From Mytilus californianus (Eukaryota), in the NCBI RefSeq assembly GCF_021869535.1, contig NW_026262582.1:59582001-59646000 (forward strand): a DNA stretch of 64,000 nucleotides, given 5' to 3'. Positions 1 to 13,213 of this stretch are shown here, piece after piece. Numbering within the stretch: position 1 is the stretch's first letter; each line of letters starts with the position of its first letter. The notes below the pieces were generated by a model. The model searched no databases, had not been told where the DNA came from, and saw nothing but the letters and a program-made list of their open reading frames with translations. A program made the translations under genes and the position numbers.

Positions 1-62
1 ATACAGTTATTGAACGTATATTCATATGTGGTATACAGTTATTGACCGTATATTCATATGTG
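1..62. repeat. 32-bp minisatellite (GTATATTCATATGTGGTATACAGTTATTGACC), ~2 copies, runs off the window start
   Basis: ATACAGTTATTGA recurs at positions 1 and 33. The same unit is at 62129-62246. Confidence 0.95.
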
Positions 63-655
63 AATTATAATCACTATATACACTGACCGTATATCGCCTT
101 TTTTATGACGTTGACAATGCGTGTGCGTAGAATTTTATTTATGACATCAATACAGAATACAGGTTCGCGGAGTTTTTACGTTGTCCGCTTCAAATTTACA
201 AATGATGGTTTTACCCTAAATATTTTATTTGGAACAAATATAAGTGTTGCAGTATATAAAAAAAGAAAAAACATACATTGTCGCGAAATATAAATCTTAT
301 TTGTAGTCGGCCTTAAAAAGATGCATTTTATGTGCCTCATATAAAATCAATTTGTAGGAAGTATGTGGTAAAAAGATTAATGCATATCCTTTTCAATATC
401 GGCCTGGGTATTATCCCTCCACAAAGCAACGGAAATTGCGGCTAATATGGTAATGTAAAACTGTTAAACGGTCACTACCAATTATAATAAAGTATATAGT
501 AATGGTATAATGATCTTAGATATAACTATAATGAGCGTTTGTTTTCCATTTCTTTTATTGTTTTATCCTGTCAGTTTTTTTGGACTTCCCCTTTTTTAAA
601 TTTACCCTGGAGTTCGATATGTTTGTTATACTTTTATATTCAAAATATGTTTCAG

Positions 656-913
656 CATGTCAATCTGGACGATATGGTAAACAGTGTAAAATGAAATGCA
701 GTTGTCCGGCTGAATGTACATGTGATCCGGGAACAGGAACATGTAATTGTGGAGGTGATTTGATAAAAGGAGTATGCATAGCTGCCAGTACTATTCAGTT
801 GTGTAACGTAGACAGCACAATGATCATTGACACAACAGCAACTAATGAACAATTCTTAACAAGTTTAAGCGTTGTACATTCTTCTAAGAACGTATTAGAA
901 TTTTCTACAGCAG
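656..913 (+). CDS. Internal exon of an EGF-repeat (MEGF10/CED-1-like) receptor paralogue: EGF-like unit plus S/T-rich stalk
   Basis: TTTCAG|CA acceptor and CAG|GTAGAC donor, phase 1-1, open frame: ACQSGRYGKQCKMKCSCPAECTCDPGTGTCNC...STIQLCNVDSTMIIDTTATNEQFLTSLSVVHSSKNVLEFSTA. Cys spacing is typical of MEGF/SCARF EGF repeats. Confidence 0.8.
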
Positions 914-2112
914 GTAGACTTGTACTACATTTATAGTAAAATGATCGTCATTTTACAGAAACTTGTGTACTCTTATGCCATTCAATTTTGTCATACAGAT
1001 GCGAGTATTCGTTAATTTGCCACAAAAAAAAAAACATTCTGTACTGAAGTGAATTTGATTTGATGAAATAACCGACCAATAATAAAGAGATGTTTTACAA
1101 AATTATTAAATTTCTTAACAGTATACCAAGTTAGATTGATTGATGCTCTATATTTATTTGTTTTCCTTCTTAGCTGAGTTGGGTTAAAACTCTGCTTTGA
1201 TGCAATCTTTCATGCATTTTATGCGATTAAGTGAAAATATAAATTAATATGAAGATCGGGGGGAAAAAGAGAGGTCAGTATAGGACATAGCAATGAACTA
1301 CTATTTGTTGCTTCATCAAAACCAGAACATCCAGATTGTAGTTTAGACATTATTACATATTAAAGTCAACTTCTATTGCAGAATCAAACCAGTCAGCTTC
1401 TAAGCCAGTTATGCTATACAATTTAATAATATTAGGATGCATAGTGTGCATTTGGTTGGTACGGATGATGTCCACAATTAGAACTACTACAAAGAATAGA
1501 ATGAAATGTATTGGCTACATGGATGAATAAAAGAAATAAATATTGAAGGCGGAGATAAAACTTTTAACAAATTAACTGCTTTTGCCTCATTTGTGTTTTA
1601 ATAGCATTACGAAGATACAAAGGGGCAATCACAAATCAAGAACAACAAGCTATATACTTGTAACAGCCAAAATGGTCAAAAAGAAAAGAAAAAAAAAACA
1701 AAAAAAAGCAGTTATAGTTCTACTAGTGACTACATACATTGATACGTATTATCAAGCATCTTTCAACAAAGGACAGATAATAGTTTCTTGTGTAACAGTA
1801 AGATATCACCAACTGTTATAGTTTTAAATAATCTAACTGATTTGACTTTTTGATATCGAGTCACATGTTCAATTGTAATATCAAAGGTACTCAGACAATG
1901 GCAGATGGAAAAGTGATATTGCACAGTTATTTTTATATAAAAAAGAAAAAACATAATTCGCACAAATGATGAAGTGAATTTGTTTTATTTCAGGCATATT
2001 GACATAATATTATAACAATTATAGCCTTCGAATGAGATCGATATGAAGACATATTGACAAAAAGAAGAATATCGACCTTAAACGTCGTCTTCAAGCGATG
2101 TACTTTTTTCAG

Positions 2113-2162
2113 GTCGATATATTCATACACAAGCTGTACTTGTATATTACAAGAATTCATCG
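2113..2162 (+). pseudogene. Possible small exon, frameshifted relative to its duplicate at 63544-63606
   Basis: TACTTTTTTCAG|GT acceptor and ATCG|GTG donor are conserved in both copies. This copy is 50 nt, lacking CCTCGTATCGAAC (13 nt); the duplicate is 63 nt and phase 1-1. Confidence 0.3.
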
Positions 2163-3444
2163 GTGTATGTAAAATATCTTATCTTGAGACATAACTGAAT
2201 TTGAAAATTTTAAATTGGATCGAGGTTATTTCAAGACAAAGGTTGAGCGATACGTTTATTTCTAAAGACATTTTAAAAAAATAAATTATATAACCATCAT
2301 TGAAACCAATAGAAACAGCAACACGAACAACGTAACAACCAGACTTGGGACCAGCACATGTGCTTTTGACATCTTACGCGTTGCAAGCTACGTGAAAAGG
2401 CGATAGAAAGTTCACAACAAACGAGAAGAGGATGACATCGAGGTTACAAAAAGCTGATCATATGGTTTCGTTGTCATCTGTGGCTTCTACAATCACTTGG
2501 ATAAAATTTAAACTTATATATATATATCATAAGCAACCACTCGGTGGCGTGTAGCTACATTCACACGAAAAGTTTAAAATGGGGGAAATTGAATTAGTCA
2601 AATGCGAATAAAGATTGAAAAAAAATAATTCATCCTTTGGTTTTCACTTTAAATATTAATAAAGTATAAATTATTGTATATACCAATCACAGCACATGTT
2701 TTCTACCAGTTGTCATAGTTGAGGATGAATACCAACGTAGAGGAAATTATTTTGCAAACATTTTAAAACGAATATAGATTCAGAATCAAGACGATTTACG
2801 GACAGCAACATAATTTGTAATTCCATTAATCACCAATTACTGCGTATGACTAAAACATGTACAAGACATATTCTGTTTACAAATATGTATTGTGTACCAT
2901 TTGTGTTCACCATTAGATATTTTGCACTTTGACTTTTTCCTCACATTTCGTTTTTTTCATTTAAAATTACATCGGCATTTCCAATAATATAATCACGCTT
3001 TGGATACTGTTCGTTGTGACTTGTAATTGTCTCCGTCAATCCATTACTTAACATGTTTTGGATTGCTACTATTTGCCAGAGACTACAATATAACCAAAGG
3101 AAATCAATAGTTGATTGTCTAGTCAAGATATATCTCTGAGAAGCATACAACTCAATTAGGTAAAAGAAACAAAATAAAAAACAACAACAGACTGGTTATA
3201 AATTGTTGTAAATTAGATTTGAAGTCGATCACACATTGTCACAGGAGAAATTCAAACTGAAAATCTGAAAGTTGGAAAACTTTGTATCACTGAAGTTAAA
3301 TAACTAAGACCAATGCCAGCAAGGTCCCGCGAAAACATATTATGGAAAATACTAGTATGTGTTAATGGAAACAAAAACTACACTGCTACTTACAGGTAAC
3401 AAATATGTTTACTGTATGTACAAGTCAGGTTTTTTTCTCTTTAC

Positions 3445-4018
3445 ACTAAAGATGTATTGGTTGGATGCGTACTGATCAATAGTTTAGTCTAAGACACAAC
3501 ATTTTTCATTAGTTGTTATAAGCTTTGTACTAGCCTTCAGTTACTGGCAGTACTTTCAGATTTGTAATTTGTATCTTTAGTGTTTTTGCTATTGTTTTAT
3601 GTGCTTTGTATTGATCTGATGAGTTAAGCCCTTTTCAACTGATTTTTACAATTTTAGCATATGTTGTACTGTTACACCACTGTCCCAGGATAAGGGGAGG
3701 GTTTTGACTCCAGTAAACATGTTAACGACGCCAGATGCTATATGCACATGTTCAAAGTCTAGAACGTGCAATGCAGTAAATGTCTTTTGTTGTTGTATAT
3801 TATATTTGTTTTTAATTTACTGTTTTTGATATAAATCAGGCCGTTTAATTTTCTCGCTTCAATTTGTCCCTTCGTGGCCTTGTATAGCTTACTATGCGGT
3901 ATGGGTTTTACCTATTGTTGAAGCCGTACGGTGACCTTTATTTGTTAATTTCTATGTCATTTGGTCTCTGGTAGAGAGTTGTCTCATTGGCAATCAGTCC
4001 ACATCTTCTTATTTTTCA
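3445..4018 (-). mobile_element. Abundant interspersed repeat (AGATGTGGTATGATTGCCAATGAGACAAC family), degenerate copy
   Basis: Reverse complement aligns by eye with 55905-56522 and 18605-18935. Class not determined. Confidence 0.8.
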
Positions 4019-4392
4019 ATACTTAAAATGTTGTTATAAACCAATCACAGCACATTTTCCAGCATGCAATGATAGCTCTTACGATTTTTTTACAACATAT
4101 CATCGCCCTTATTTTACGTCTTTAATGTTAATCAATTTTGTACTTTGTTTGGCCTATTTAACCTTTTTGGATTTAAGAGTCACTGGTAAGTCTTTTGTAG
4201 ACGAAATGCAGCGTATACTATTTTAATCCTTGAACATGTATATTCTATGAGTGTATTTACTAACAGTTTTCCTGTGGGTTTCTCAGAATACTGTTTTGTT
4301 GCTATAATTTGGTATATGATTACATGAATATCTCATCGTTTATCATTTTTGGACCTGAAATAATGATGATTTTATGTAATTAATAAAAAAAG

Positions 4393-4455
4393 AGGATACG
4401 ATGCATAAATCCAAGACACGCGGTCACTTACCACGTGGAAAGAAACATAAGTAAA
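4393..4455 (+). pseudogene. Remnant of a stalk exon homologous to 16672-16755
   Basis: GGATACGATGCATAAATCCAAGACA vs GGATACCATGTATAAATCCAAGACA (23/25 identical; DTMHKSKT vs DTMYKSKT). Poor acceptor and an in-frame stop soon after. Confidence 0.4.
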
Positions 4456-6899
4456 AACACAACCTTTTTAAACAGACAGAGATTACCAACTGTTCTTCTT
4501 CACTTTGGTATATGTTTGAATTTCCCAATGTTTATGATTTCAGAATCTAAATTGACTATGAGTAATGCCAATGTCTGTCCCATGAAAATGATAAAAGAGT
4601 ATCACCTGATTGGTTGCATTTCTGTTACTTTTGATAGTTCCAGTTATATAATGTAAGATATTCTCCCATGAAAATATGGGCAACCAATACACTAAATTTT
4701 ACAAACAGATGCATAGCTCAAAAAAGAGACAATGTTGAAAAAAAATAATAATCCGAGAATTGTCTATCCGTAATACACATGACCTTAAATACTAAGAACG
4801 TGACGGCAAACACATTAATTCACAGTTTAAGCATTAAACTACTTCCTCAATAAAGGAAATAACAACTGAATTGTTACAACGGCATCTCTGTGTATTAAAG
4901 TCAATTCTATGTGTTCGCTATTACAAGTATCTATATATGTACATATTGTCATTAGAATATGATAAGACCAACAGGAACCTCAGAGATTAGACAAATCAAC
5001 CGTAGGTCAACCTTACCTGATTAATTTATAACCTCAGTCTCTATAACTTTCAGACCATTGGACATCAACACAATCTTAAATGTATGGACTTATTTGTCAT
5101 CTCTTATCTAAACTAATATTCCCTACAAGATACAAACAGACATGTTCAGGGTAAACTATGAATAAATTCATCATAGATTAAACTGTGTACGCCAAACGCG
5201 AGTTTCGTCAATGAAAGACGCATTAGTGACGCTCGAATAAAAAAAAAGCTAAACAGGTCAAACAAAGTACCAATTTGAAGAGCACTGAGAACCCAAAAGC
5301 GATACTTCCTGACAAGGTATCGTCACACAAACATGTGATAATGTTATAATCTCGACCTGTGGAAATATAATAGACACATACTTTAGTTTTCAATTGACTT
5401 CGGATATGAACACTTAAAACTATTTAGTATCGATGCAATTGATATTGGATTTCATATCCTTTTTTATCAAGAAGAATGTAGCAAAGGTTAGATTACAAAT
5501 CTATATTCTAATTGATCCAACTAAAATGTCAATTTATCAATAATGTGAAACATGCACACATTCAAAAACGACCTAATTATTACTGTTAACAATAAAAAAA
5601 AAAAAAAAAAAAAAAAATAACACGCAGCTGAACGTGTCCTTTGCATTTTAAACGTTCTGAAACATTTCCTCATACCTTCATATCATTGTCATAACAAGGA
5701 CCCCGAGTTTTCATTTTGAAAAAAAAAAAACAAAAAAACATTGACCCAAAAGTCTTTTAAAAAAGTTTAAATCTATCGTTAAACATGTAGACACCGCAAC
5801 TTTCTTAAAGACGAACAAGCATATATTCTTTGAACAAAAAAAATTAAAAAATAAAACAGATTAAAAAAAGGAGTGTTGTCATTTTTCTAGACAACAAACC
5901 AATGTTATAATCACTTGATGTATATCTGATTTAGTTGGAATTGGATCATGTGAATACACCAATATAACTTATTTGTAAATAGATTCAGTGTATTCTTCGA
6001 GAAGGGGGCAGGTTTGTGACGTAAACCTACAAACAGTTTCCTAACGAAAGTTTTTAATATAAAAAATAATATATAAAAATATAGCAATACCACAGAAAAA
6101 GTCAACAAATAATGCAAACACTTTGAGATCAGCAATTTTGAATACATAACCAGGATCGGATTATTTGAAATAGATAACTACTGCTGTTTGCACATGTTTT
6201 GAACAAAGACAATTCCGTCAATGTGAAATACAAATTACTCCTATAAGTAATTGAATGACTTCTGTTTCGATATCCAATGACCACTTGTTATTTTCAAAAT
6301 CGTACGATTCTGAAACAAAAAGTTGTTCTTCTTTAACATATAGCAAGTAAGTATATACCAAAAGTCAAAGATAAACATTTCAACAAAACAAAAACCCAAG
6401 ACTAGAAAGAAATTGCAAAACACAACACTGAAAACATAACTCCTACAACAACCGTGGTTGATTCTGGCTTGTATAATGACATGAAAAGGAACTTAGTAAA
6501 AACGTATTTCGGCGCTAGTGTAGGTTTTGCTAAACAGACATAATTTATATTTCATTTTCAAATAAAATCAATTTCGATGTAAGATGTTGTATGATAAATG
6601 CGTTGTTATGGTTTTCTTACTTCTAAATAAGGCATGCCACTTTCTTAAATTTACCACTGGTGGCCAACATACTAGAGAATCAAATCGCATGCAACACTTA
6701 TTTTTTACTTCTCATTGACCATGGTTTAAATCATGTTCCGTTTCAACAAAGATAAAATACTGTAAACGTGATGATACTCAGCAGGGATTATTTTTTGGTT
6801 ATTTCGCAATAACGTAAAATAACTTAAAGTTTCTGTAGCGTGAATAATTTGAAGAAACAAATCAATATTGACACGGAGGGCGTATTATAGTTAAATGCG

Positions 6900-7510
6900 T
6901 CAATTAATAAACCGCCTCAAATTGGTATACGTTAAAAATCTTAATTAACAAACTACTAAGCTACTGACATTATTTAAAACAAAACTTTCAAAACTTGTCC
7001 AATTATAAATTTAGAAATTATAAAGAAACTAAGGTTTCAACTCCCTCAGTTAAAGTTGGCCTTAGCTGGATTAGGTTTTTTTAAGGTCCTTTTCAGTTAT
7101 AGATCTCAACTATCCAGGGGTGACTGAGGAATAGAAATATGGTCGCTATAGGCCTTCTTCCGACCGGCAGTAAAAACCAGGCGTCTGTTTGGCTGTGCGG
7201 GATTTACAAGCACGCAGCCACATCATGTCAGAATGGGAACATTAAATCCAATGTCTCATGTAGAGAGGGTGCCACACTCTCAACACATCAATAACCAATG
7301 TAACAACTCTTTGAATGGTCCGTAGGTGACCTGTTGTAGGACAATATACCCTTATTTTCAAGTGGCAGTGCAAATGTCCAGACCTTCACCCAGGACAGTC
7401 CCCATTATAAGACCTACCAATTGCACACATTCATAGTTATTTTTGTTCTCGTCCTGAACATGCATGCAATATTATGACAAATTGACGTTAAGCAACCAAC
7501 AATCAATCAA
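6900..7510 (+). mobile_element. Composite repeat block including a SINE-like element (core reminiscent of V-SINE); duplicated at 9767-10356
   Basis: Direct alignment with 9767-10356, and a CAAT-repeat 3' end at ~7495-7510. Family assignment is from memory only. Confidence 0.65.
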
Positions 7511-9152
7511 TTAAGGTTCAATTGTGTCGGTTCTTATACATTCTAGGCTTTTAAATATTCGACTTTGAGTGTCCCTGATAAAATTAAATCCAGTAAAGCG
7601 GTATTTATAAAGTGTTGTTTTCATTATTTGTCTATATCACTTAGTCTGAAACTACAAATTTTCATTTAAAAGTATGATGCACATTTTATGCATTCAATAA
7701 GCAAATTCCAGCAGAATTCACCAAAGCATGTGAAGAGGACTTACTATCTGCTTTATTGGTTTGTGGCTCTCTTCATGGTTATGCAAAATATTCTATTTTT
7801 TGTATTTTCCTCATTATTATGTAGAACATATATAATTTCATCGATAATAATAATCACGATATCAACTGCGATGCACCAGATGCAAATTTAGACAATTAAT
7901 GTATCTTCAGTGATCATTAAGACCAAATTATTTAAAGGATATAAATAAAGTATAAACGATGAAGAGCTGAGGAAACCGAAATGGACGTGCTCTATATTCA
8001 ATTGAGAAAATTATCCTCCATTTTCAGACAGAAGGTCATTTACAGGATTAACACTGTATGTATTATAGCAAACGTTAAAGTCGCTGTCCAGGTATGCTAG
8101 GCTAACATATGATCAATTTGATGTTATTTTCTATCTAGTGAAATAAGCAAAATTTATAAATATTTCATCTTTATTACAATTTTGGGAAATTCTGGTCAAT
8201 GTGAACATAAAAAACAATATTTGTTTAGTATGGATAATGATTATGTTTAAATCGTGGAAATCGTCCTAACGTGGCATGTTCAATAAAAGATGTTTGTATT
8301 CTAATGTCCGGATAAAGGCACTCTCTAAATAAAATACATGACGTGTGAACATTAGCATTTTAAATGCATGTATTTTTGAAGTACTACAGAGATTGACTTA
8401 TTCTTTTTATTTTAACAAGACGTGATAGAAAACATTTCGATAAAAGTCCTGTGTCAAACAGACCAGAATAGGTATGCTCAATTTAACATTATACAAGTAC
8501 TTGTAAATTATCATTTATTTACTCTTCTTGCTTCAAACGCTATAAAGAAACAGTATATCAAACAATATAAATGTTAGTATTGGTTACACTTTAAATATTT
8601 ATTAGTTCTTCAATTTGTGCAATCTCAACAAGCTATGTTGAAGTTGAAACACAAAAAATGTTGAATATCGATAGATGAGACGGAGTATGCATGCTTGTTG
8701 CTGTCAATCTTACACGATATTATTATTTTGATATTTTTTTACAGTACGAAAAATAATACAAACGACCACACATTATATGTTTTTCGTATTTTATCTTTTC
8801 TTATTTATGTTTTATGTTTTTTTTTTATATTTATCTGACCCATATTTAACAGGATCACAAGGACTAGTTCAATGATAATCTTAAAATCTGTAAGCTATTA
8901 TTATATTTAAAAGAGAGGCGAAAGATCTAAAAGGGACATTCAAACCCATTAGTCGAAAACAAACTGACCATGCCATGGTAAAAAACGAAAAAACAAAAAA
9001 ACAAAAGACAAACATAGAAAATTTAGTACCACGAACCCAGCCCAAAATCGGAGGTGATTTCAAGTACTAAGGGAGGGTACGGAGAGTATACTGACACCCG
9101 TTTTGTACAAAAAGTCTCATGGAACAGGTCATATTCAAGAAAAAAAAGGACG

Positions 9153-9751
9153 GGATTGTGGTGTCGACTATTGAAACATATCTGTCATCATCTCTGAAAC
9201 ATACATTTCATGACGGTCAGGCAACTCGTGATGCCGTCCGTAAACTTTTCGAAGGGATATTTTTAATTTCAACGCTCGATACCGTGGCTTTAAGGCTTCC
9301 TTGTGAGCAGTATACGTACACATCAATAGGCTTCAGTTTTTGTGAGGTTTTATTGACCTCCCCTTTTTTAATTTTTCTTGGATTTCGGAATTTTGGTTGA
9401 TACGTTTTTTTTTGCACTGGCGCTGTAGAAGAACATATCCATTGTTACCTCAAATCGATTACATTTGCACAGGAACTTTTGTTTGATTTACGTTTTGTTA
9501 AAAAACAGGCTGTTGGTTTTCTTATTGAAATGTTTTACATGTTACCAACTCAGGGTCTTCGATTGCTTTTTCTGTGGTACTAGTTTATGTATAAGAGCAC
9601 CATCAAAACAAATTTTTGTAATCATTTAGCGAAAACACAGACACAAACCTCTGTCAATAGCTCAGACAAATGAAAATGATGGTTTATCTGTGCTTCATTG
9701 TGACATAAGTATGCACCCAGCAAACAACAACGAATGTTTTCTTATATTTTA
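9153..9751 (+). repeat. Block A of a local duplication (contains a degraded Penelope-like 3' fragment); copy at 10362-10951
   Basis: GGATTGTGGTGTCGACTA...CAACAACGAATGTTT aligns colinearly with 10362-10951. Its first part resembles 26130-26280. Confidence 0.85.
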
Positions 9752-9766
9752 TAGTTAAATCTGTAA

Positions 9767-10951
9767 AATTAATAAACCGCGCAAAAACTGTCTGCGTTAA
9801 AACGCTTAATTTACCAACTACTACGCAACTGACATGATTTATAACAAAACTTTCAAAACTTGTCCAATTATGAATTTAGAAATTATAAAGAAACTAAGGT
9901 TTCAACTCCCTCAGGCAAAGTTGACCTTAGATGGATTTGGCATTTTTAAGGTCCTTTGTAGTTATAAATCTCTTCAACTATGCAAGGGTGATTGAGGAAT
10001 AGAAATATGGTCGCTTAGGTCTTCTTCCGACCGGCAGTAACAGTCTTTTAAAAGTGAGGCGTCTGTTTGGCGGTGCGGGATGTAATATCAAGCAGCCACA
10101 ACCGGTGAGAATGGGGACATTGGATCCGATGTCTCGTGTAGAGAAGGTGCCATGCTCTCTGCACATCAAAAACTCTTGTAACAACTCTTTGAGTGCTCCG
10201 TAGGTGACCTGTTGAAGGGCAAATGTCTGCCCCTATCTAATATACCCTCATTTTCAAGTGACAGTCCAAATTTCCAGACCTTCACCCAGGACAGTCCCCA
10301 TTATAAGACCTACCTATTGTACAAATTTATTTTTAATTTGTTCTCGTCCTGAACATGAACTGGAATTGTGGTGTCGACTATTTAAACATATCTGTCATCA
10401 TCTCTGGAACATACATTCCATGACGGTGGAGCAACTCGTGATGCCGTCCGTAAACTTTTCAAAGGGATAATTTCAACGCTCGATACCTTGGTTTTTAAAG
10501 CTTCCTTGTGAGCAGTATACGTACACAACAATAGGCTGTTTTTGTAAGGTTTTATTGACCTCCCCCTTTTTTCATTTTCCTTGGATTTTGGAATTTTGGT
10601 TGATACGTTTGTGCACTGGTGCTGTAGAAGAACATATCCATTGTTATCTCAAATCGATTACATTTGCACACGAACATTTTTTAATTTACGTTTTATTCAT
10701 AAAACAAGCTGTTGGTTTTCTTATTGAAAGGTTTTACATGTTATCAACTCGGGGTCTTCGATTGCTTTTTCTGTGGTACTGGTTTATGTATAAGAGCACC
10801 ATTAAAACAAATAATTTGTAATCATTAAGCGATAACGCAGACACAAACCTCTGTCATTAGCTCAGAAAAATGAGTATGATGCTTTTTCTGTGCTTCATAG
10901 TGACATCAGTATGCACCCAGTAAACAACAACGAATGTTTACGTATATTTTA
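9767..10951 (+). repeat. Second copy of the 6900-9766 segment with ~1.7 kb deleted
   Basis: 9767-10356 matches 6900-7463 and is joined directly to 10362-10951, which matches 9153-9751. Confidence 0.8.
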
Positions 10952-11754
10952 AATTATAAGTATGTGTAGAGTTTAACAAATAACTATGTTGCATCGGCTT
11001 CTTAAGATGAAAAAAAAAGTATATCAGTGACTATATCAATGACTGTATGTTTTTGATTGAAATAAAATTAAGTACCAATGCATGCACAAAGTGCTGATCT
11101 ATTCACGTATATTTTCTTTTGTTTTTCATGAATTTTCCAATACATACTGAATAAAAATTCAAGTATCAAAACAATGTTACTGAAACTGTTACATCGTAAT
11201 TGGCATCGTAACAGTGTGCCTCCATAAGTATACTCCCGATGTGAAACATAAACACAAGACATATTTAAACTTTTCGTACGCTTCTGAATGGTTTAAATAT
11301 TGACAAAATTGAGAATTGAAGGCACAAAATGTGACTTTTTTGTTAATTTTGTTTTCAGAAACTACATAAAAAAATAATATCGGAGTTCAACATGGTGGCC
11401 TTCTGTAGTTGCGGACTGGTAGAACGTGGCATATAATCCTTCAAAACAACTCTCACGTCCAATGAAAATTATTGTTCCAAATGAATTGCATCCGAATGTC
11501 ATTTATTTCGTTGAGCTTTAAATAAATCATATTAACATGATGCATTTTTGTGCAAACAGTCGCAAAGTTCTCATCATTGAAAAAATGAAGGTCGGTAAGA
11601 GGTACCAAATCAACTGAATTATACCGACATAAACAATAAATATCTGTTTGCATATTTCATTCCCAAACGAGTTTTCATTCTGCATGTTCTGTCACACCTC
11701 TTGACAAGAACTCAATTACGGATTCATGCTTTTAACGAAATTCGACTTTTCTGC

Positions 11755-12305
11755 TAAGGCTTTTCTACCTCAGGAATAGATTAACTTAGCTGTATTTGGC
11801 AAAACTTTCAGGAATTTTTGGTCCTCGATGCTCTACAACTTCGTACCTTTTTTGGCCTTTTTAACTTTTTTTGATTCGATCGTCACTGATAAATTTTTTG
11901 TAGACGAAACGTGCGTCTGGCGCAAATACAAAATTTCAATCCTGGTATCTATGATGAGTTTAGATACAACCACTGGTTCGATGCCACTGCTGGTGGAGTT
12001 TTTATTCCCCGAGAGTATTACCAAACCAGTAGCCAGCACTTCTGTGTTGACATGAATTATCATTTATATGGTCATAATTATGAATTATCTGATTACAAAA
12101 CTTTTTTATTTTTGATATACTTAGGCTTTTCTATTTCAGGAATAGATTACCTTAGCTGTATTTGGCCAAACTTTTATAGGAATTTTTGGTCCTCAATGCA
12201 CTTCAACTTCGTACTTTATTTGGCCTTTTAACTTTTTTGATTCCAGCGTCACTGATAAGTCTTTTGTAGATGAAACGCGCGTCTGGCGCAAATACAAAAA
12301 CGCAA
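11755..12305 (+). mobile_element. Two adjacent copies of an abundant interspersed repeat (CAGGAATAGATTACCTTAGCTG...GACGAAACGCGCGTCTGGCG family)
   Basis: 11760-11940 and 12130-12305 align. Other fragments lie at ~4140-4215, 5180-5300(rc), 58545-58595(rc) and 61530-61720(rc). Confidence 0.85.
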
Positions 12306-12951
12306 TTCTGGTATATAAGATGAGTTTATTTATGTAGCTCCCGTTTTTCCCGTAGCTGAGGAGTAATTCATAATGTTCGGCATACATTTTGTTTTTGTCC
12401 AACTCGATCGTTTCAATTGTATTTGTAATGAATGACAATAATTAAACCAACAATTTAAGTATATTAAGCAGTTTTTTTGTTATGTTTTGTTAAATTGGTT
12501 ACCTTTTCCTCGGTGTTTCACGTTATGATTTGATATTAGTTTGATTTATGTCTTTCTGCTAGAAATTTGTGAACATATTAAAATATAACGCACACGTTAT
12601 ATGTCAGTTTCAATAATTATGTCATTATATTAAATGAAATAATTGTTTGTGTAAATTGATAACCAATCAAACATCGAATACCCAAGAGTATGTATTAAGA
12701 TGGCCTAATTCGTTGTTGTGAATAAACGTCATAATATATTTAAAAAAAACTTCATAGCATTGCGCATAATTTGTTGTTTCACAATGTAGCAGGTCAATTT
12801 GGTGAACATCTCGTTACGAAATGTTTTCACTCTTTTTAACATACATTGATTTGCATATGATAGCATGTTCGGATCTAAATATTAGTGTAATTTGTCCAGC
12901 CATTGTTAATGCCAAAAAGTAGGTACTATAATATTTACATTTCTATTTCAG

Positions 12952-13040
12952 GGTTTATTATACATAAACTATTTAGTTTTTTGCTTCTCCGTGTACTTTA
13001 ACTTAATGTGTACGTACACATCTATGTCCGAAGACGTTGT
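12952..13040 (+). CDS. Receptor paralogue U2, putative signal-peptide exon (GLLYINYLVFCFSVYFNLMCTYTSMSEDV)
   Basis: TTTCTATTTCAG|GGT acceptor, hydrophobic open frame, and a phase-2 donor GT|GTAATG matching the phase-2 start of the next exon. Initiator ATG not located. Confidence 0.4.
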
Positions 13041-13142
13041 GTAATGTGTAACTTTGTTTTTCACAAGTTAATCCGAGAAAATTTGAAATATTAAGGTATT
13101 CGACATTCGTTCTTACTTATTATTATCGTCTTTATATTTCAG

Positions 13143-13213
13143 CAAATCCCAGAAAGTTGACATTCATTTGAACTGTTGCCCCAACTTCTACGTTGAGAAT
13201 AATATTTGCACCC
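13143..13213 (+). CDS. U2 exon: truncated EMI-like C-terminal motif (KSQKVDIHLNCCPNFYVENNICTP)
   Basis: TTTATATTTCAG|C acceptor and C|GTAAGT donor, phase 2-1. CCxxFY...CxP matches the end of the EMI domain in MEGF10/CED-1/Draper-type proteins. Confidence 0.75.

Noticed and set aside
4435-5030. A TM exon for the first unit (ORF 4435-4656; IRPTGTSEIRQ at ~4960)
   Set aside because: No convincing hydrophobic helix with a basic stop-transfer segment, and similarity to other tails is limited to 4 residues.
7688-7891. Hydrophobic 67-aa ORF as a signal-peptide exon
   Set aside because: Low-complexity AT-rich origin, the 3' part runs into repeat-like sequence, and there is no suitable donor or xNVC motif.
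11828-12438. Overlapping 75-106-aa ORFs
   Set aside because: They lie within a multi-copy interspersed repeat and have no protein motif.
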